A stretch of 64,000 bases of DNA, from NCBI RefSeq assembly GCF_009914755.1, contig NC_060929.1; one strand, given 5' to 3'. The notes beneath the pieces were generated by a model that was not told where the DNA came from, made no database searches, and worked only from the letters and a program-made list of their open reading frames with translations. This DNA comes from the human T2T-CHM13v2.0 reference genome, Homo sapiens. Numbering within the stretch: position 1 is the first letter of the stretch; each line of letters starts with the position of its first letter. This document shows, piece after piece, positions 12,671 through 26,155 of this stretch. Both the position numbers and the translations under genes were made by a program.

Positions 12671-14349
12671 CTACCTTTCTTGCAACACAATAAACTTGAT
12701 ATTTGTCAAATTCAATAAACTAACGACATAATTAATTAAGGAAAAATTCAATGTATTCAACCATTCCATAGACTTTTCTTTGGTTTTTGGTTCTTCCAAA
12801 AAACTGAGGCTGTCTCCAGGTGACACGAGACCTGGAAAGTCATTTAGCACAATTTCTCAGCTATATGTTCTTGTAGTATTCATTTCATCTCTCAGATTTA
12901 TTTACCATACCTGAATGATGAGGCTAGATCTGAGAATGCATAATGTACTTTCCAACTCTGGTATTTATGATTTTTATTAAGTTCTCAGCACTCATTGAAA
13001 TATAAGGCATTTGAGATAATCCATTACAGTACTTGAAATCATTGCTTGATAGGTGTTAATAACTCAAAACTATATTCATTCTTAATCCAATGTTTATTGA
13101 AGAGCTGCTAATGTTAAACATCACTAATATGACCTATAAATAGTCTATTTTCTATATGGCAAAAAGACTCTTAAATTCTGATATCTATTATACTAAAGTA
13201 GCAGTTTTGTTCTTTCATTAAGCTTTGTGTGTGGATCTCTGTGATTCCTAGTGAAGAAAATCAGTTTTCCTAGGGTTCAGCACTTCTGCCATGGATCTTT
13301 ATTTGTGTATGCCTTATTAGGATGACAATGTTGTCTCATGTAGCATCCTTTTGGCAACACTAGAATACTCCCTGTCTCAAATGTTACATCCGACCTTCCA
13401 ATATTACAGGTGGTAGAAATCTGGATTATTTTTTCCCTCCATTGGGCGTCTATTGACATTTTATCATATCTCTTACAAATGTAAGTTTGGAGCCTAAAAC
13501 ATGCATGTTTTATATGAAATGTACAAACCAATATGGATATCATTTTCTACTTCTAAAATATAAAATGCCAAATAAAAGATATTTTTATGCCCTAGTTTAT
13601 TCCTCTCTATATACTTTTCTTTTTTTCAGAAATCACATCTTTATTTTCATGCCCAATTGCTCTTTTGCAAAAATATATTTTAAATCTTTTAAAGTCCCCA
13701 CAAACTTTTATAGCAAGTTTTAAAGCAACTTTTTAGTTGCAAATTAGAATGCAAAGTAGTTGGACTTAGATGGAGGTAAAAGGAAAATTTCTATTACAGC
13801 ATCTGCAAATTACAAGTGAAAGTCACTTATAACTTATCCTGCAGTGCTTTTGAAAAACTTAGCTTGTTTTCTTCAAAGAAGAAAAATGCTTCATGAAAGG
13901 TCTAATAAAACATTTAAATTACTAAGGATGATTTGAAAATTTAAGTTTTATGGAATTTAGATGATTACTGGAATCCCAGAAAGTGGCATAATGGACATAA
14001 TTTTTATAACAATTGAGAATTACTGTGCATTGATTTGCATTTAAAACTATACTTAACCCAAGTAACCAATCAAAAAGAATTTTTTTGGCAAATATAATTC
14101 CTCTTGATAAAAACCTTAGGTTGTCCATATTATCCTATAAATTTGAATGCAATGGAATGGTACATTTATTTATGGCATCAAGTCATGTAATGTTTGGACA
14201 GTTTCGTATTTTTGTGAAAATCATCCTGAAAGCTAACAGAGACAGAGATATAGATATGTGCCTGTGTGTTTGTGCGGGGGGAGTGTATATATCTATATCA
14301 GTATTATATATATGAACCCCTATTATTAGATATTAGTATTATACATACG

Positions 14350-14375
14350 GGTGTGTATATATATATGTATATATA

Positions 14376-14416
<41 letters not shown>
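14350..14416. repeat. (TA)-rich + (TG)17 microsatellite
   Basis: direct reading, TG run 14382-14415. Confidence 0.95.
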
Positions 14417-14417
<1 letters not shown>

Positions 14418-15109
14418 GTGTTTTACTACCAGACAAATTGCTCAAGTTTGTGGTTCTCCTAACAGTGAGGGGAGTAGCTGTCTTCCTACTCAAGTCCAAG
14501 ATGATGGAACACAAGCTTCCACACCCTGGAAGAAACTATAAAACCTTTCTTTCATTTTAGTAGCTGTCTTCACTAGAAAGACCAGGGAGATGATGACTGC
14601 ATGCTTTTCCATGGTCTGTTCAGCTACCTTCTGAGAAATGACAAAAATCGCAGGGATAGAGTCCTCCCGAATTCACTCCAAAAAACTATATACTTTGAAA
14701 GGAGAAGCAGGACACCAGAAAGAGCAGCAGGGAGGAAAAAGGAGAGAAAGATGAGAAAAGGAAAGAAAGTCTAGAGAGAAAGGTGAGTAGGAGGGAGAAA
14801 GAATGAAGAAGGAATTCCCCTTTCCTGTGTTTCAATCATCTTAAATCAACCTCCGGTCTTCTTGTCCCCCAGCTACCCTGAAGTTGTAATCCATTGGCAA
14901 ACCTGGAAAGAAGGAGAATAGCAGGGAGAAAATCACTCATATCTAATGTGGGAGAAAAAGACCTTTAGAATCCAAATTTCTGGATCATTGTCAAAGCATG
15001 AATTAATAAGCTGACTGAAGGAGATTAAGAAGCTGCAGGTAGACCAACCTGAATCCTTTCACTTAGAATTGAGGAAAAAATAATTTATTTCAGTCTTAAA
15101 GCACAAATT

Positions 15110-15545
15110 GGCATTATGCTAAGCAAAATAAGCCAGTTACAGAAAGAAAAATACCACATGATCTCACTTACATGTGGAATCTAACAAACTCAAACTTCAC
15201 AGAAGTAGAGTAGAGGGGTAGTTACTAGAAACTGAGGGGCTGGGAGGGGGCAGGAAAGGAAAGATGTTGATCAAAGGGTACAAAGTTGTAATTAGACAGG
15301 AGGAATCCGTTTTTGAGAACTATTGCACAGCATGGTGATCATAGTTAATAATAAAGTATTGTACATTTCAAATTACTAAAAGGCTAGATTTTAAATGTTC
15401 TCACTACCAAAAAAATGATAAGTATGTGAGGCGATGACATGTTAATTAGCTCGATATAATCATTTCACAATATGTACATATTTCAAGACATCATATTGAA
15501 CTTTATAAACATATAATTATTACTTATTAAAAATAAAAATTGGAA
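15110..15545 (+). mobile_element. L1MA 3' end (L1MA6-9-like)
   Basis: CATTATGCTAAGCAAAATAAGCCAG...CATGATCTCACTTACATGTGGAATCTAA...GATTTTAAATGTTCTCAC. Confidence 0.85.
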
Positions 15546-15749
15546 TTGAAAACAAAAGTAGAAAGCGACAGCTAATGTGTGCTGCCTATATAAACAAATA
15601 TGTTACTTTAAGAAAAAAGAATAAATTGAGTAAAATGAATTACATACACTATATCTACATTATATGTATCTAGCAGATTTTGTTTCTTCAAGAAGAAAAT
15701 TGATAACCATATCAAACTTGATGATGCAAATATGTATAAAATGTCAAAT

Positions 15750-16235
15750 GCCATATAAAAAAATTACTTCAAAACTTCACAGTTTAAAATAACAAATATT
15801 TGTTATTTAAAATAATCTCTCAAGGTTGAAAACCCAGAAGCAGCTCTGCTGGATGGTTCTAGGTCAAAGTCTCTCATGATGTTGTCAGCCCTGGCTGCAG
15901 TCATCGGAAAACTCAACTAGGGATGGCATATCCATAGACAAACTCACCTATGAGTGAGTTTCAACAAACTCCTATGGTGTTTGTTGAAAATCTTCAGTTC
16001 TTCATCATAGGGCTGCTCATAACATGGTAGCTACCTTTCCCCAGATGGAGTGATTCAAAAGAAAGAGGGCACCATGATGGAAGTCATGGTCTTTCATAAC
16101 CTAACCTCAGAAGTGACATACCACCACTTTTGTTGTACAGAACCCCCTGGTGCAGTATGAAAGGGGACTGCATAAGGAAGTGAATATTAGGACCCAGGGT
16201 TCATTGGAAGCCATCTTGAAGGCTAGCTACCACAT
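15750..16235 (-). mobile_element. MaLR LTR (MLT1F/E-like)
   Basis: CAAAGTCTCTCATGATGTTGTCAG...GGCTGCAGTCATC...GCCATCTTGAAGGCTAGCTACCACA. Confidence 0.7.
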
Positions 16236-16671
16236 CATCCTTACACACTTGTTTTCTCCCTATATCATATAAAAATAAATGAGTAGAAAAAATAGTTTAA
16301 TGAATCATGAATTTATGAAGAAATGTTTAATATCAAATTCCCCTACAGTATTTTATTATTTTATTACTGTATTTCCTGAAATGAAAGCCATTTTCTATCA
16401 TTTAACTAGAATTGAAACATATAAAAGACAAAATTGAAGAGAAAATTCTATGAATACGTAACAGTTAACATTGTTTTCTTATGCATCAGTAATACAAAGG
16501 AATGACAAAAATAAACTTTTAGCTCATAGTCTGAACTGTCCCATTTAAAAGCAAGCCCAAACAAACTTCTCTTTTGTTCAGAGTAATCTGAATGCTGCAG
16601 TTTAAAACCAAAATCAACCCACTCCCACATGCCTGCTGCTTCTATCATCCACCTAAATATTTCTTTGCTTA

Positions 16672-16995
16672 GTGTCTTAATGCATGCAGGCTGCTATAAC
16701 AAAATACTATAGACTGGTTGTTTATAAACAACAGAAATTTATTTCACGATCCTGGAAGCTGGGAAGTGTAAGATCAAGGCAGATTTGTTTTCTGGTGAGG
16801 CCTGGGTTACTGGCTCACATAGTCTCTTATTTTGTCCTCACCTGCTTGAAAGAGAAGGGTGTCTTTGGGATCCCTTTTAGAAGGCCGCTAATTGTGTGAC
16901 CTAATCCCAGAAGCCCCACCTCTTAATAACATCACCTTGGAAGTTAGGATTTCAACATAGGAATTTTGGAGGACATAACATTTAGAAGATAGAAC
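16672..16995 (-). mobile_element. MaLR LTR (MLT1A/MSTD-like)
   Basis: GGCTGCTATAACAAAATACTATAGACTGG...TATAAACAACAGAAATTTATTTC...GGATTTCAACATAGGAATTTTGG. Confidence 0.8.
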
Positions 16996-17229
16996 CTAGG
17001 CAGGTCAAGATTATTTCTTAGGTGGTACATTTCCCTAAACACCTTTTGAGCCTGACCTTCCTTGACCCCAGGTTATGGTGCTAATTTTTTCATTTTTGTT
17101 TCTGACCATTCCAATTTCCATAATCTCTATAAATATCCATTCCCTCCACTTCCCACTACATTGTCATTCCAAAGATGGTTCTGAATAGCAAACTTGGAGC
17201 CATCTCAGCCAGGTATTTCCCTGCCACTT

Positions 17230-18460
17230 AAAACATCACAATTCTTAAATTTCAAATTATTTTCGTAAACTGCAGACCCATATTTTAAATGGAAATCAAG
17301 ATGTCTTCATTGTCATATCGCCAAACATATCAAATTCACTAAGTCTAAAGCAAACCTTTTTTCTTACAACATCTACCCTTCCAGCTGATTTTCTTGTCAC
17401 AGTGAATTGCATCTCAGTGATGAAGTTATTTACATCAGAAATCTAAGAATGGTCTCACTCACTATGACTGCTGTGTAAGGTTGTGCAGTTAGTGCACTGC
17501 ATGAAGGTATCCCACTGGGATGACAAGTAGGAGTTGAAATTTAATCCTTTCCCTAAAGCCCTGTGCCATGAGTATATGGGCTCCATTGGGCAGAGAGAAA
17601 GGGCACCCTTCATTTTTCCAACGCTGTCTCCCATTTTCCAGCTCAGAGGAGCTACATCTGTCTAGAATAACCATTTTGTTAAAATTTGCAAAATTGCATT
17701 GAACCCTGAGCTCCCTGATCTAATCTGCCACCAGACCTGATGATTCCACCTCCTCTGCAGCTTAAATAAACAACCTACACTTTTGCCCCATGTCCTCCTC
17801 CTTTGTTCAAGTGATTATTCCTTGCCTGTATTATGCAACTCCCTCCTAAATGGTCTTCTTTTGTGTAGAGCATCAACCCTTCTACCCAATATTTGCACTG
17901 TTAACAGACTAGTCCTTCTAAAATGCTCATCTAACCAGATGTTACCAAGATTCTCACATATTCATAAACAAATACTTTAACTACTTACTATATGAATGAC
18001 ACTTTATGATACCTAAATTCTCAAGCAAAAGTCTAAAGTCCAGAGCAAGGAAGCACAGATCTTCATGGTTTGACCGTTGCTCAGGTATCCAGCCTTATTA
18101 TTTCACATTCTGTAGAAGCCAGTCACCCTGAACTACTGAAGGAGCCAGGGCATCTCACATGTCCATGGATTGGCAGTTGCTATTTTCTCTGTGTGAAATG
18201 CTGCCAACTTTCTTTGCTCCAGTAACTTTGCTTTATATTTCAAAACTAACATAAAACATCATCTCTTCCTTTCCTGGCCCCCTAAATTAGTTATTTTGTT
18301 TCTTGTATATTCTCCCATAGCATCCTATGTCTTGGGCATTTTTCACATTGTGTTGTTATATACTTACTGCTTCCTTATGTACTGGTTGTAAATTTCTCAG
18401 ACACATGAAAAACAACTTATTAATGCTTGTATCTCCACAAGTAGATACTCAGTAAATCAT
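17230..18460 (+). mobile_element. Highly decayed L2 fragments
   Basis: pyrimidine-rich L2-like text: CAACTCCCTCCTAAATGGTCT, TTGCTATTTTCTCTGTGTGAAATG, GTAGATACTCAGTAAAT. Confidence 0.5.
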
Positions 18461-21400
18461 TGTCTTTTCTCCTGAGCAAAATATCCATAGTTCTCAACAT
18501 TTTTCATTTTCCATCATATGAATCTTAGTGTTTATTCATAGTGTCATGTTAGAAATTCCAGTTTTTCTAATTCCTTCACTACTGAAATTTCAGAAAAGAT
18601 GATGAATTAAAAAAGGATAAAAACAAAATAGGTTGACATTTAATTATCCCGTTTACCAGAATGGGTACAGTCATTTCAACCAATCATTTTTATCATAATG
18701 CCATTTTATTTTTATTATATATCCTTCTTGCTACAAGTTTAAAATATGTTTCCAAATCTTAATACCTTTCATACATATCTGCTGTGTAGGATTAAAAGAT
18801 AAAAGTAATTGCAAGATTGAAAATCACTTCAAATATAGAAGTAACATTTAAAAGAATTTTGTTACTGGAGGAATTTGTATATAGAGCATTATGTGCTTGG
18901 GTCTAGTTGAACAGACTGTATGAAGCAAAACCCTCATGACTCGGTTACTCCGTGATTCTTTCTAATGCATAACCTTCATCCCATGAGCCACTGTAAAGGA
19001 AAATTCATTCTCTCTGAAGATTGCTTTCTCTAAAACTTGATACTATCCTGCCAATTTAAACCTACCATTTGTTTAGGGCTCCTTTGAATTTTAAAAAACA
19101 CTCTCAAAATATCAAATTTAGCTTCCAGAATAACTCTCTGATTAACTTGCACAGATTTTATTGGGCCAAGACTCACATATCCTAAATTTAATATGATAAG
19201 CATATGGGAATGGGTGTCATCTGTTACTAGAATAACCTCCTGTACTGTTTTTCTCTCCTCGTTCTATCTTCTTGACACAGAGGCAGGTGTCTCTCACAGC
19301 ATTCTCCAGCTCAGGAGCTAAAGTTCACGTTTACATTTGTAATGGGAACATTTCAGAACCTCTGCTGGCTCTTTACAAATTGTTTATTGCATGCTGGTGA
19401 CATAACATTATCTTTTCATTCTAATCTTCCTTGTCAATGTAACAGCTGAAGTGCAAGATACAGGATTAGCAGTGCCCAGACTTAATCAGTTTATAAAAAT
19501 CTCCAGAGAAAGCCACCCTTTCTTTTATACGTCACAGATGTTTTGTTTTCACTTGATTAGGCAATTGATTTGGCCCCCAGTGTCTCAAGAAAGGCAAGAT
19601 GTTCTTACTATTTATTTGTACTAAAGGATGACAAGGGAATGGGGCAGGCCATATCTAGTATAGCTGGACACAGAATTCAGCATGCTGGCTGGAAAAGGAG
19701 ACAGAACATTTGCAGACATTTTATTCTTTTCATCCCACAACCTGCTAAAGTGTGGTCGAGTGTTCTGTGATTCACAACACAGCAGGACCTTTACTATAAT
19801 TCATATTTTATATATAGCAGCTGTACATTGGGAAGATTACTAGGACACCATTTGGAGAGAAGTCAAATTCAAGTTGTTTGTGCAGGTGAATGAGCAGTGC
19901 AGCTGGGGTTCACGACTTTTCCCCCTTTTCAGCCTATTACCAAATGAACCTATTAAAGGTTCATTTAAAAGAGTAGAGGTGGAACAAAGTGTCTATCTAA
20001 GCGATGTCTGAAGTGATTTAGTTCCAGAACTGTTACCGACTGCTCTCCTGCCTAAATTCTGTATTTTATCTGGTGGAATCCCCGACGTAACTATTCTGCT
20101 TGTGCCTGCTCAGCTATTAAGATGATATTTTGACTTTACTTGTTGCACTAATCAATTTATGACACGAATTTTCTTCAAATATAAATATATTTCTTAGCCC
20201 CAATACTTGAGACTTTAATTCTTGATACAACATTTTTCTCAAAGTGTTGTTTTCTGATAAGCTATTACAAGCAAAAAGTTAACACTAGTTGCTTAATTCA
20301 GTCTTAATGCTATTAGAGGAATTTAGCATATTTGATTTTTTATTTTAAATTTATTTTGAAATATTTTACTTTACTTTTTGATATATATTTTTTACTCAAA
20401 TTATCATCTTAGCCCAATATATTATCACAAGAATAAGAACTTACTTTTAGCAAATAAAGTTTATCAGAAATAGTATATTGTGTTCATATGTGTTAAAGTA
20501 AGAGATTGCTGCAATTTTAATTATACATCTTATTTTCATGAATTTAAATAAGACATTTCATAGATGTGGGATTTGGGTCTTCTTTTTACCATTTGAATAT
20601 TTGCATGTTAAAGAATAGGGTCATTTATCATTGTGTTGTTGTTTTGAATTATCTTACTATGTAAATACTCACGATGAGGTACAAAGCACCCTTATCAAAA
20701 GAACTGGGTAATATGTTAGCTTAATTTGTCTTCATTTACATATCACATTTTATGATAGCTAAACTAGAATTACAGCATCAGCTATGAAAATCAAAAAGAG
20801 ACAATCACCTCAAAGCCCATGCTTACATAGAGAAATAGTATATACAGCAGAGTTGTGAAGAAGAGATTAAAACTTAGTCAATGAATCTCTCAACTATGTG
20901 GTAAAATACAACTTGAGGACAAAACTTTTCATAAAATTCAAAAAACACTTATTTTATATTGATCTCTTCCAGAAAACTCGGTGTTCTCCTATGGCTTCTT
21001 CTTTATGTAGGTGAAACATGAACATTGATCATGTATGGGAAAGCTACAGTAGTCTAAAAATGTGAATGGGTTGGATACATTTGTATTTATGATCAACAAT
21101 GGGAGCAGAGATCACCATGGAGATGAATAATCTTTTTAATCCATCTTAGACTATATTCCCCAAGCAAAATTTTAATCATGGCATAATGAGAGTTATACAT
21201 GTCTCATGATACAAGTACAAGGACTAGTATGAATAATTTTAAGGAGGATCTCTTAAACTGTCCTTCACAGATAATTAGGCTCATGAGATTAAGAATGTAC
21301 TCTGAAGATTAGCCAAGAGTCCCTACTGCCAAATATTGTAATATACAAAGAGCTCTTTCAGACCATATGGTGACCAAAAGCATCATGGCCTCCAGGGAAC

Positions 21401-22139
21401 CTTGTCAAACTTTGCCACAATCTGTCACCAGGTCCCATAGGTGAAAGCTGATTCCAGAGGAGTTTAACTCGATGAAGTCTCCTGAAGACACTATCAAGAT
21501 TACAAAAACACAACTACCCTGCTGCGTTTCTGACTGTTAGTACATGTTTCTGTTCCTATTTGTGCTTATTGTACCATACGTTCAGGGCTTTCTCTCTCTT
21601 AACTTAAAATCTTCTGAAGCGTTGATGCAGAAAACACAAACTGTAAACTCAGTGAATTTCAAATTAGTCCTGTGAAGCTGTGGGGTAGAATATTCATGTT
21701 TGTAAAATCTCATATTTGCCACAATTTATACATCTTTTCCTTTACATATTTTAAATAATGTACAAGCTTATAATAACATGATTATTATGCTCTTTGAGGT
21801 TGAATTTTCATCCAAGGAAGATACAAAATTTTGTCACTCTAAATGCCTAGACTTCTAACATTTCAGGGGAAAAAGAAGTAAATATCGACAAAAAAAACCA
21901 CCACCACAATCATAATCATAGGCCAGACATAGAAGTGCCAACTTTTATTTTGCCAAGTATTAATATGTTTCAAATGCTTCTATACTTCTTTAGTTTTAAT
22001 ATTAACACTGAAATAGGGACAGACAATGTCTTAGGATAAAGGACAATCCTTAAAATTGAGTAAATTAGCAGTCTTACTTGAAATAAATTTTTGAAGTCAC
22101 TTCACATGTTTTTAAGGAATTTGAATCCCACACAGCTAC

Positions 22140-22275
22140 TTGCACCAGACACCAAATTTGCCAGCACCTTAATCTTGGACTTCCCAGCCTCAGGACTGTA
22201 GGAAATAACTTTCTATTGTTTATAAGACACCCAGTCTATGGTATTTTGTTTTAGCAGATCAAATAGACCAAAACA
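22140..22275 (+). mobile_element. MaLR (MLT1A-C) LTR 3' fragment
   Basis: GCACCTTAATCTTGGACTTCCCAGCCTC...CCCAGTCTATGGTATTTTGTTTTAGCAG. Confidence 0.75.
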
Positions 22276-22694
22276 CTTAGTAAAGAGGATCTGACTGTTT
22301 CCCCAGCAGTCTTTATAAAACATTTTCTCTTTTCATTCTGCAAACTGCAGAAATATAAGAGAATGTGCTCACTCACTGGTTTACATTCTCGCTGACACAT
22401 AATCACAGATGGGTGTGGCATTGGAGGTACTACCGTCTAAACATGACATGTTTTTAACAATTTAGAATTTGAAAATCAAAACTTACATTCAAATCTTGGT
22501 TTGAGACCATAAAAAATTCACTATTTCAAGCTCTTTCATAATTTTGGGACTTCTGGAGAATAAGAGAAGTTGGGAATTCTGGGGAGAACCTGGCACACCA
22601 GGGCAGAAAAGAACATTTGGAGTGGCAGCACCAAGCAGATGGTATGAGAATCACCTGCATTTCAACATTCTAGCAAATCATATGGCATATATTT

Positions 22695-23130
22695 AATGTA
22701 GGGTTCCCAGGGAAACAGAGTCTGGGACAGATATTAACATGCAGGAAAAGATTAGGCAGTAGGCTCAGGAGCAATACCTATGGGAAAATAAACAAAAGAG
22801 GATTGAGCAAAGGAACGTACTGAACTGTAAAGCAGTTCCAACAAAGGTGTTAGCCTATCCCATTGGAAATTTTAGAGCTGGGGCAGTCCTTCAGAATTTT
22901 CCACAATTGCCGTGAGGGGGTAAGGTTTTTATACCCCACATTGACCATTTATTAGATACAGGATGCTCTGGGGAAAGGAGTGTGACCATCAAAGGTGGCT
23001 CTCCTTGAGGGGAAATCTTGGAATAAAATTCAGCTGAGCCCCAACGACTGTTAACTCTCCCATCAGTTGGGAAAAAGAGTCCTCAGCTCTGAAGGAGGGA
23101 TTTGGACAGCAAACCACAGCATTTATTTCA
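22695..23130 (-). mobile_element. Old ERVL LTR (LTR16/LTR33-like)
   Basis: GGGTTCCCAGGGAAACAGAGTCTGGGACAGATATT start resembles recalled LTR33/LTR16 antisense. Confidence 0.45.
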
Positions 23131-23629
23131 CTGTGATAGTACCATTTGTACCTGAAAAATGGCAGCTCTGTACTTCCCATTTTTGTTTATTAAACTTATC
23201 ATCAACTAATGTGTTACATATTTTATTTGTATATTTTGTTTATCATATGTCTCCTAGATTACACTGGGTTACCCAAAAAAAGAAGAATCTGAGGCAAAGG
23301 CATATATGCTTTCTTAAGGAGTCAATACTAGGTAACAAACTTGGGTTCAAGGGAAAAAGAACTAAGAACTGAAGAACAGTCAATATCGGATCAGTTACCA
23401 GGCCAGCATGCAACTTGTATCAAGCAAAACTGATTGTCCGTCTCTTGACGGTCTCTTGAGACCATCTCACAAAAGGCCACCTTAACAGCTGCTTCTCAGA
23501 TTAGCCCATGCAGAGAGAAAAGACTCTTTTTCTGTTGGCTTTCTCCTCCCACTGATAAAAGATTCATCCCACAGAATTTTAATTGTTCTGTAATCCTCAG
23601 TTAAGGATGCATAGGCACATACAAGCCTG

Positions 23630-24570
23630 CACTTTACCCCAGGAATGTCACTTTTAGCAATTTATCAAAACAATTTAAATGCAAACAATAAACATAAGTA
23701 ATGTAAATACAAAGATATTTACTTCAGCTTTGCTTGTAATTCCAAGAGATTAGGAACAACCCAATTATTCAACTGGAGCAGATTAAATGAATCATGGTAA
23801 AGTCATATTATGGGCTACTGTGTATCCACCGAAAAGAGTGATTCTATCTTTATACACTACATAAATTAAGCTTCAAGATATGTTAAGTGTAAAAGAAAAA
23901 AACAAAAACAAGGAACAGAATTTATAAACCTAAGAAAAATGTCTTTTCTCGATACGTGAGAGCTAGAGATCTAAATAAGATTGGGGTCCTACTAGTGAGG
24001 TGTATTCCCCAGCACCCCAGTCAGAAGCTATCTACATGATGAAAGAAATAATCTTGTGAAGCATGAATATAGCCCAAAATTACCTAGAGACTGGGAGAGA
24101 TAGGATGCATCCATTATGTGATGTGAATCCAGGCAGAGGTGCTGTGCTGTGGTCTCAGTGACTATGGATGTAACTTCATAATTGCAACTAATAGAGCTTT
24201 CCCTGGCAGTTCCAAGTCTAAGTGAGGTGTGACTTAAAGGGTATCTCTGGAATTTCAGCCTCAAGTCTGCTTCTTTAGACATGCAAATGTTTCTGCAAGC
24301 TATTTCTATCTTTTAATAATTGCCTAGCTAAATTCCATGATCTATAGCTCATCTTGCTGACATATAGAACATGCTACTATTTTTGTTTTAAGAATGTATT
24401 TTAAAAGGTACCTGTAAAGATAGTTTTCGTGCATGCATAAAATATCTCTGGAAGGACACATAAGAATTGAGACCAGGAATGGAAGTTGGGAGTTGGAAAC
24501 AGAGATGCTTCATGATATTCCCTTATAAATTTTAACCATATGAAAATATTATCTTTTCAAAAAACAATCA
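23630..24570 (+). mobile_element. L1ME 3' fragments, interrupted by ~450 bp of unassigned sequence (23940-24380)
   Basis: CAGCTTTGCTTGTAAT...GAACAACCCAATTATTC...; GCATAAAATATCTCTGGAAGGACACATAAGAA. Confidence 0.5.
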
Positions 24571-25464
24571 ATCAATGTAAATTCTACAAATATGGAATGA
24601 GCATGAATACATACTTCTTACAAATCTTTGATTTTATAACTAAAATAATTAACAGTGATTACTGAATTCTTACTACATGACAGAGACTAAGTGCAAAAAG
24701 TAGAATGGAGAACAACATAGTAAGTGTCCTGATTCTATAAAGACAGATGAAATTATAGATGAGCACATAAAAGTTATAAGAACATCCTAGTGTCATTTGC
24801 ACAGGAGAGCAAAAAATTAGCATTACTATATTGATTAAGCTAACCATTATTATTCACTACCAAAGCTTATTTTATATACTATATAAATTATATTATATTT
24901 ATATAAATATGTTTTATATAATAAAATATTCATGTATTGTATATAATATAGTTAATACCTATTGATGAGCAACATCTTGGTTATTTTAAGGGATTAATAA
25001 CTTTTCTAAATATGTTCACTTTATAAGTAAAAATAAAGTTTTGCATAATCTTTGTCAATCAAATATGTGAAGAAATATTTTGGTGATTTTTTTTTCCTCC
25101 TATCAAATGGTGATTTAATGGCTATTCACCAGTCAGATGATGGTCATGATTTCAAGCCTTTCAAATTTTCTCATTGTCTAGGAAAGAGAGTATCCCAGCC
25201 TTTTCAAAAATTATAAACATCTTTGTTAATTATTCAAAGTGTCAAAGGTAATCATGGATAGCATATTAAATCACTTGAAGATGGTACATTTAAAAATGCC
25301 CCCTGAGTAGATGTTCTCTTTAAGCTGCCTCTAGTTGACTAATCAAAACTGAAAGTCGTTTTTTGTTGTTTTGTTGTTGTTTTGTTTTTTGCTTAGAGTC
25401 AGGAAGCTGAGTAAACATGAGGTTTCTCACATATTATTATATAAAGTTAGAAAATAATGACATG

Positions 25465-25783
25465 AGCTGGGCACAGTGGCTGACTTTGGAAGTGTTGTAA
25501 TCCTAACACTTTGAGAGGACAAAGTGATCACTTGAAGTCAGGAGTTTGAGAAAAGCCTGGGCAATAGTGAGACCCTGTTTCTACAGAAACATTTTAAAAA
25601 TTAGTGGCGCATGATGGTGTGTGCCTGTAGTCCTAGCTACTTGGAGGCTGAGGAGGGTGAATAGCTTGAGCCTAGGAAGCTGAGGCTGCAGTGAGCCAAA
25701 ATCATGCCCCTGCACTGCAGCCTGGGTAACAGAGTGAGATCCTGTCTCAAAAAAAACAAAAAAGAAAAGAAAAAAAAAGAAAA
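25465..25783 (+). mobile_element. AluJ
   Basis: diverged dimeric Alu with GCTTGAGCCTAGGAAGCTGAGGCTGCAGTGAGC (J-type); TSD GAAAA(T/C)AATGACAT. Confidence 0.88.
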
Positions 25784-25959
25784 CAATGACATTTTTAATC
25801 TTGAGAATTCTGAAAAATAAAAAAGAAAAGAAGAAAATAATGACATATTTATCTTCAGAGTTCTGAAACCCAGTATGGACAAATGTATGAAGAACTATAT
25901 TTATTATTTTGTAGATCTTGGAATAGTCATGTTCAACAAAAGGGGGCAGAATCATGTGA

Positions 25960-26155
25960 ATTTTAAAGCCTGAGCTCCAGAGTAAGACTTAGAACAAGTG
26001 CCAGTTGGGCCCGTTATTAGCTCTGTTATTTTCAGCAAGTTAAACTCTCTAGATCTTAGTTTCTTCATCTGTAACATGAGGATGATATTAGGATGATACC
26101 ACAGAAGATTGTGTAAGGCTTACAAAGAATCGTCTACATAAAGCACTTATCCTAG
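25960..26155 (+). mobile_element. MIR, interrupted by the ERV9 provirus (resumes 32737-32770)
   Basis: CAAGTTAAACTCTCTAGATCTTAGTTTCTTCATCTGTAA...AAAGCACTTATCCTAG | TGCCTCCAAGAGGCATTAATAGATTTGCTATT. Confidence 0.7.
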
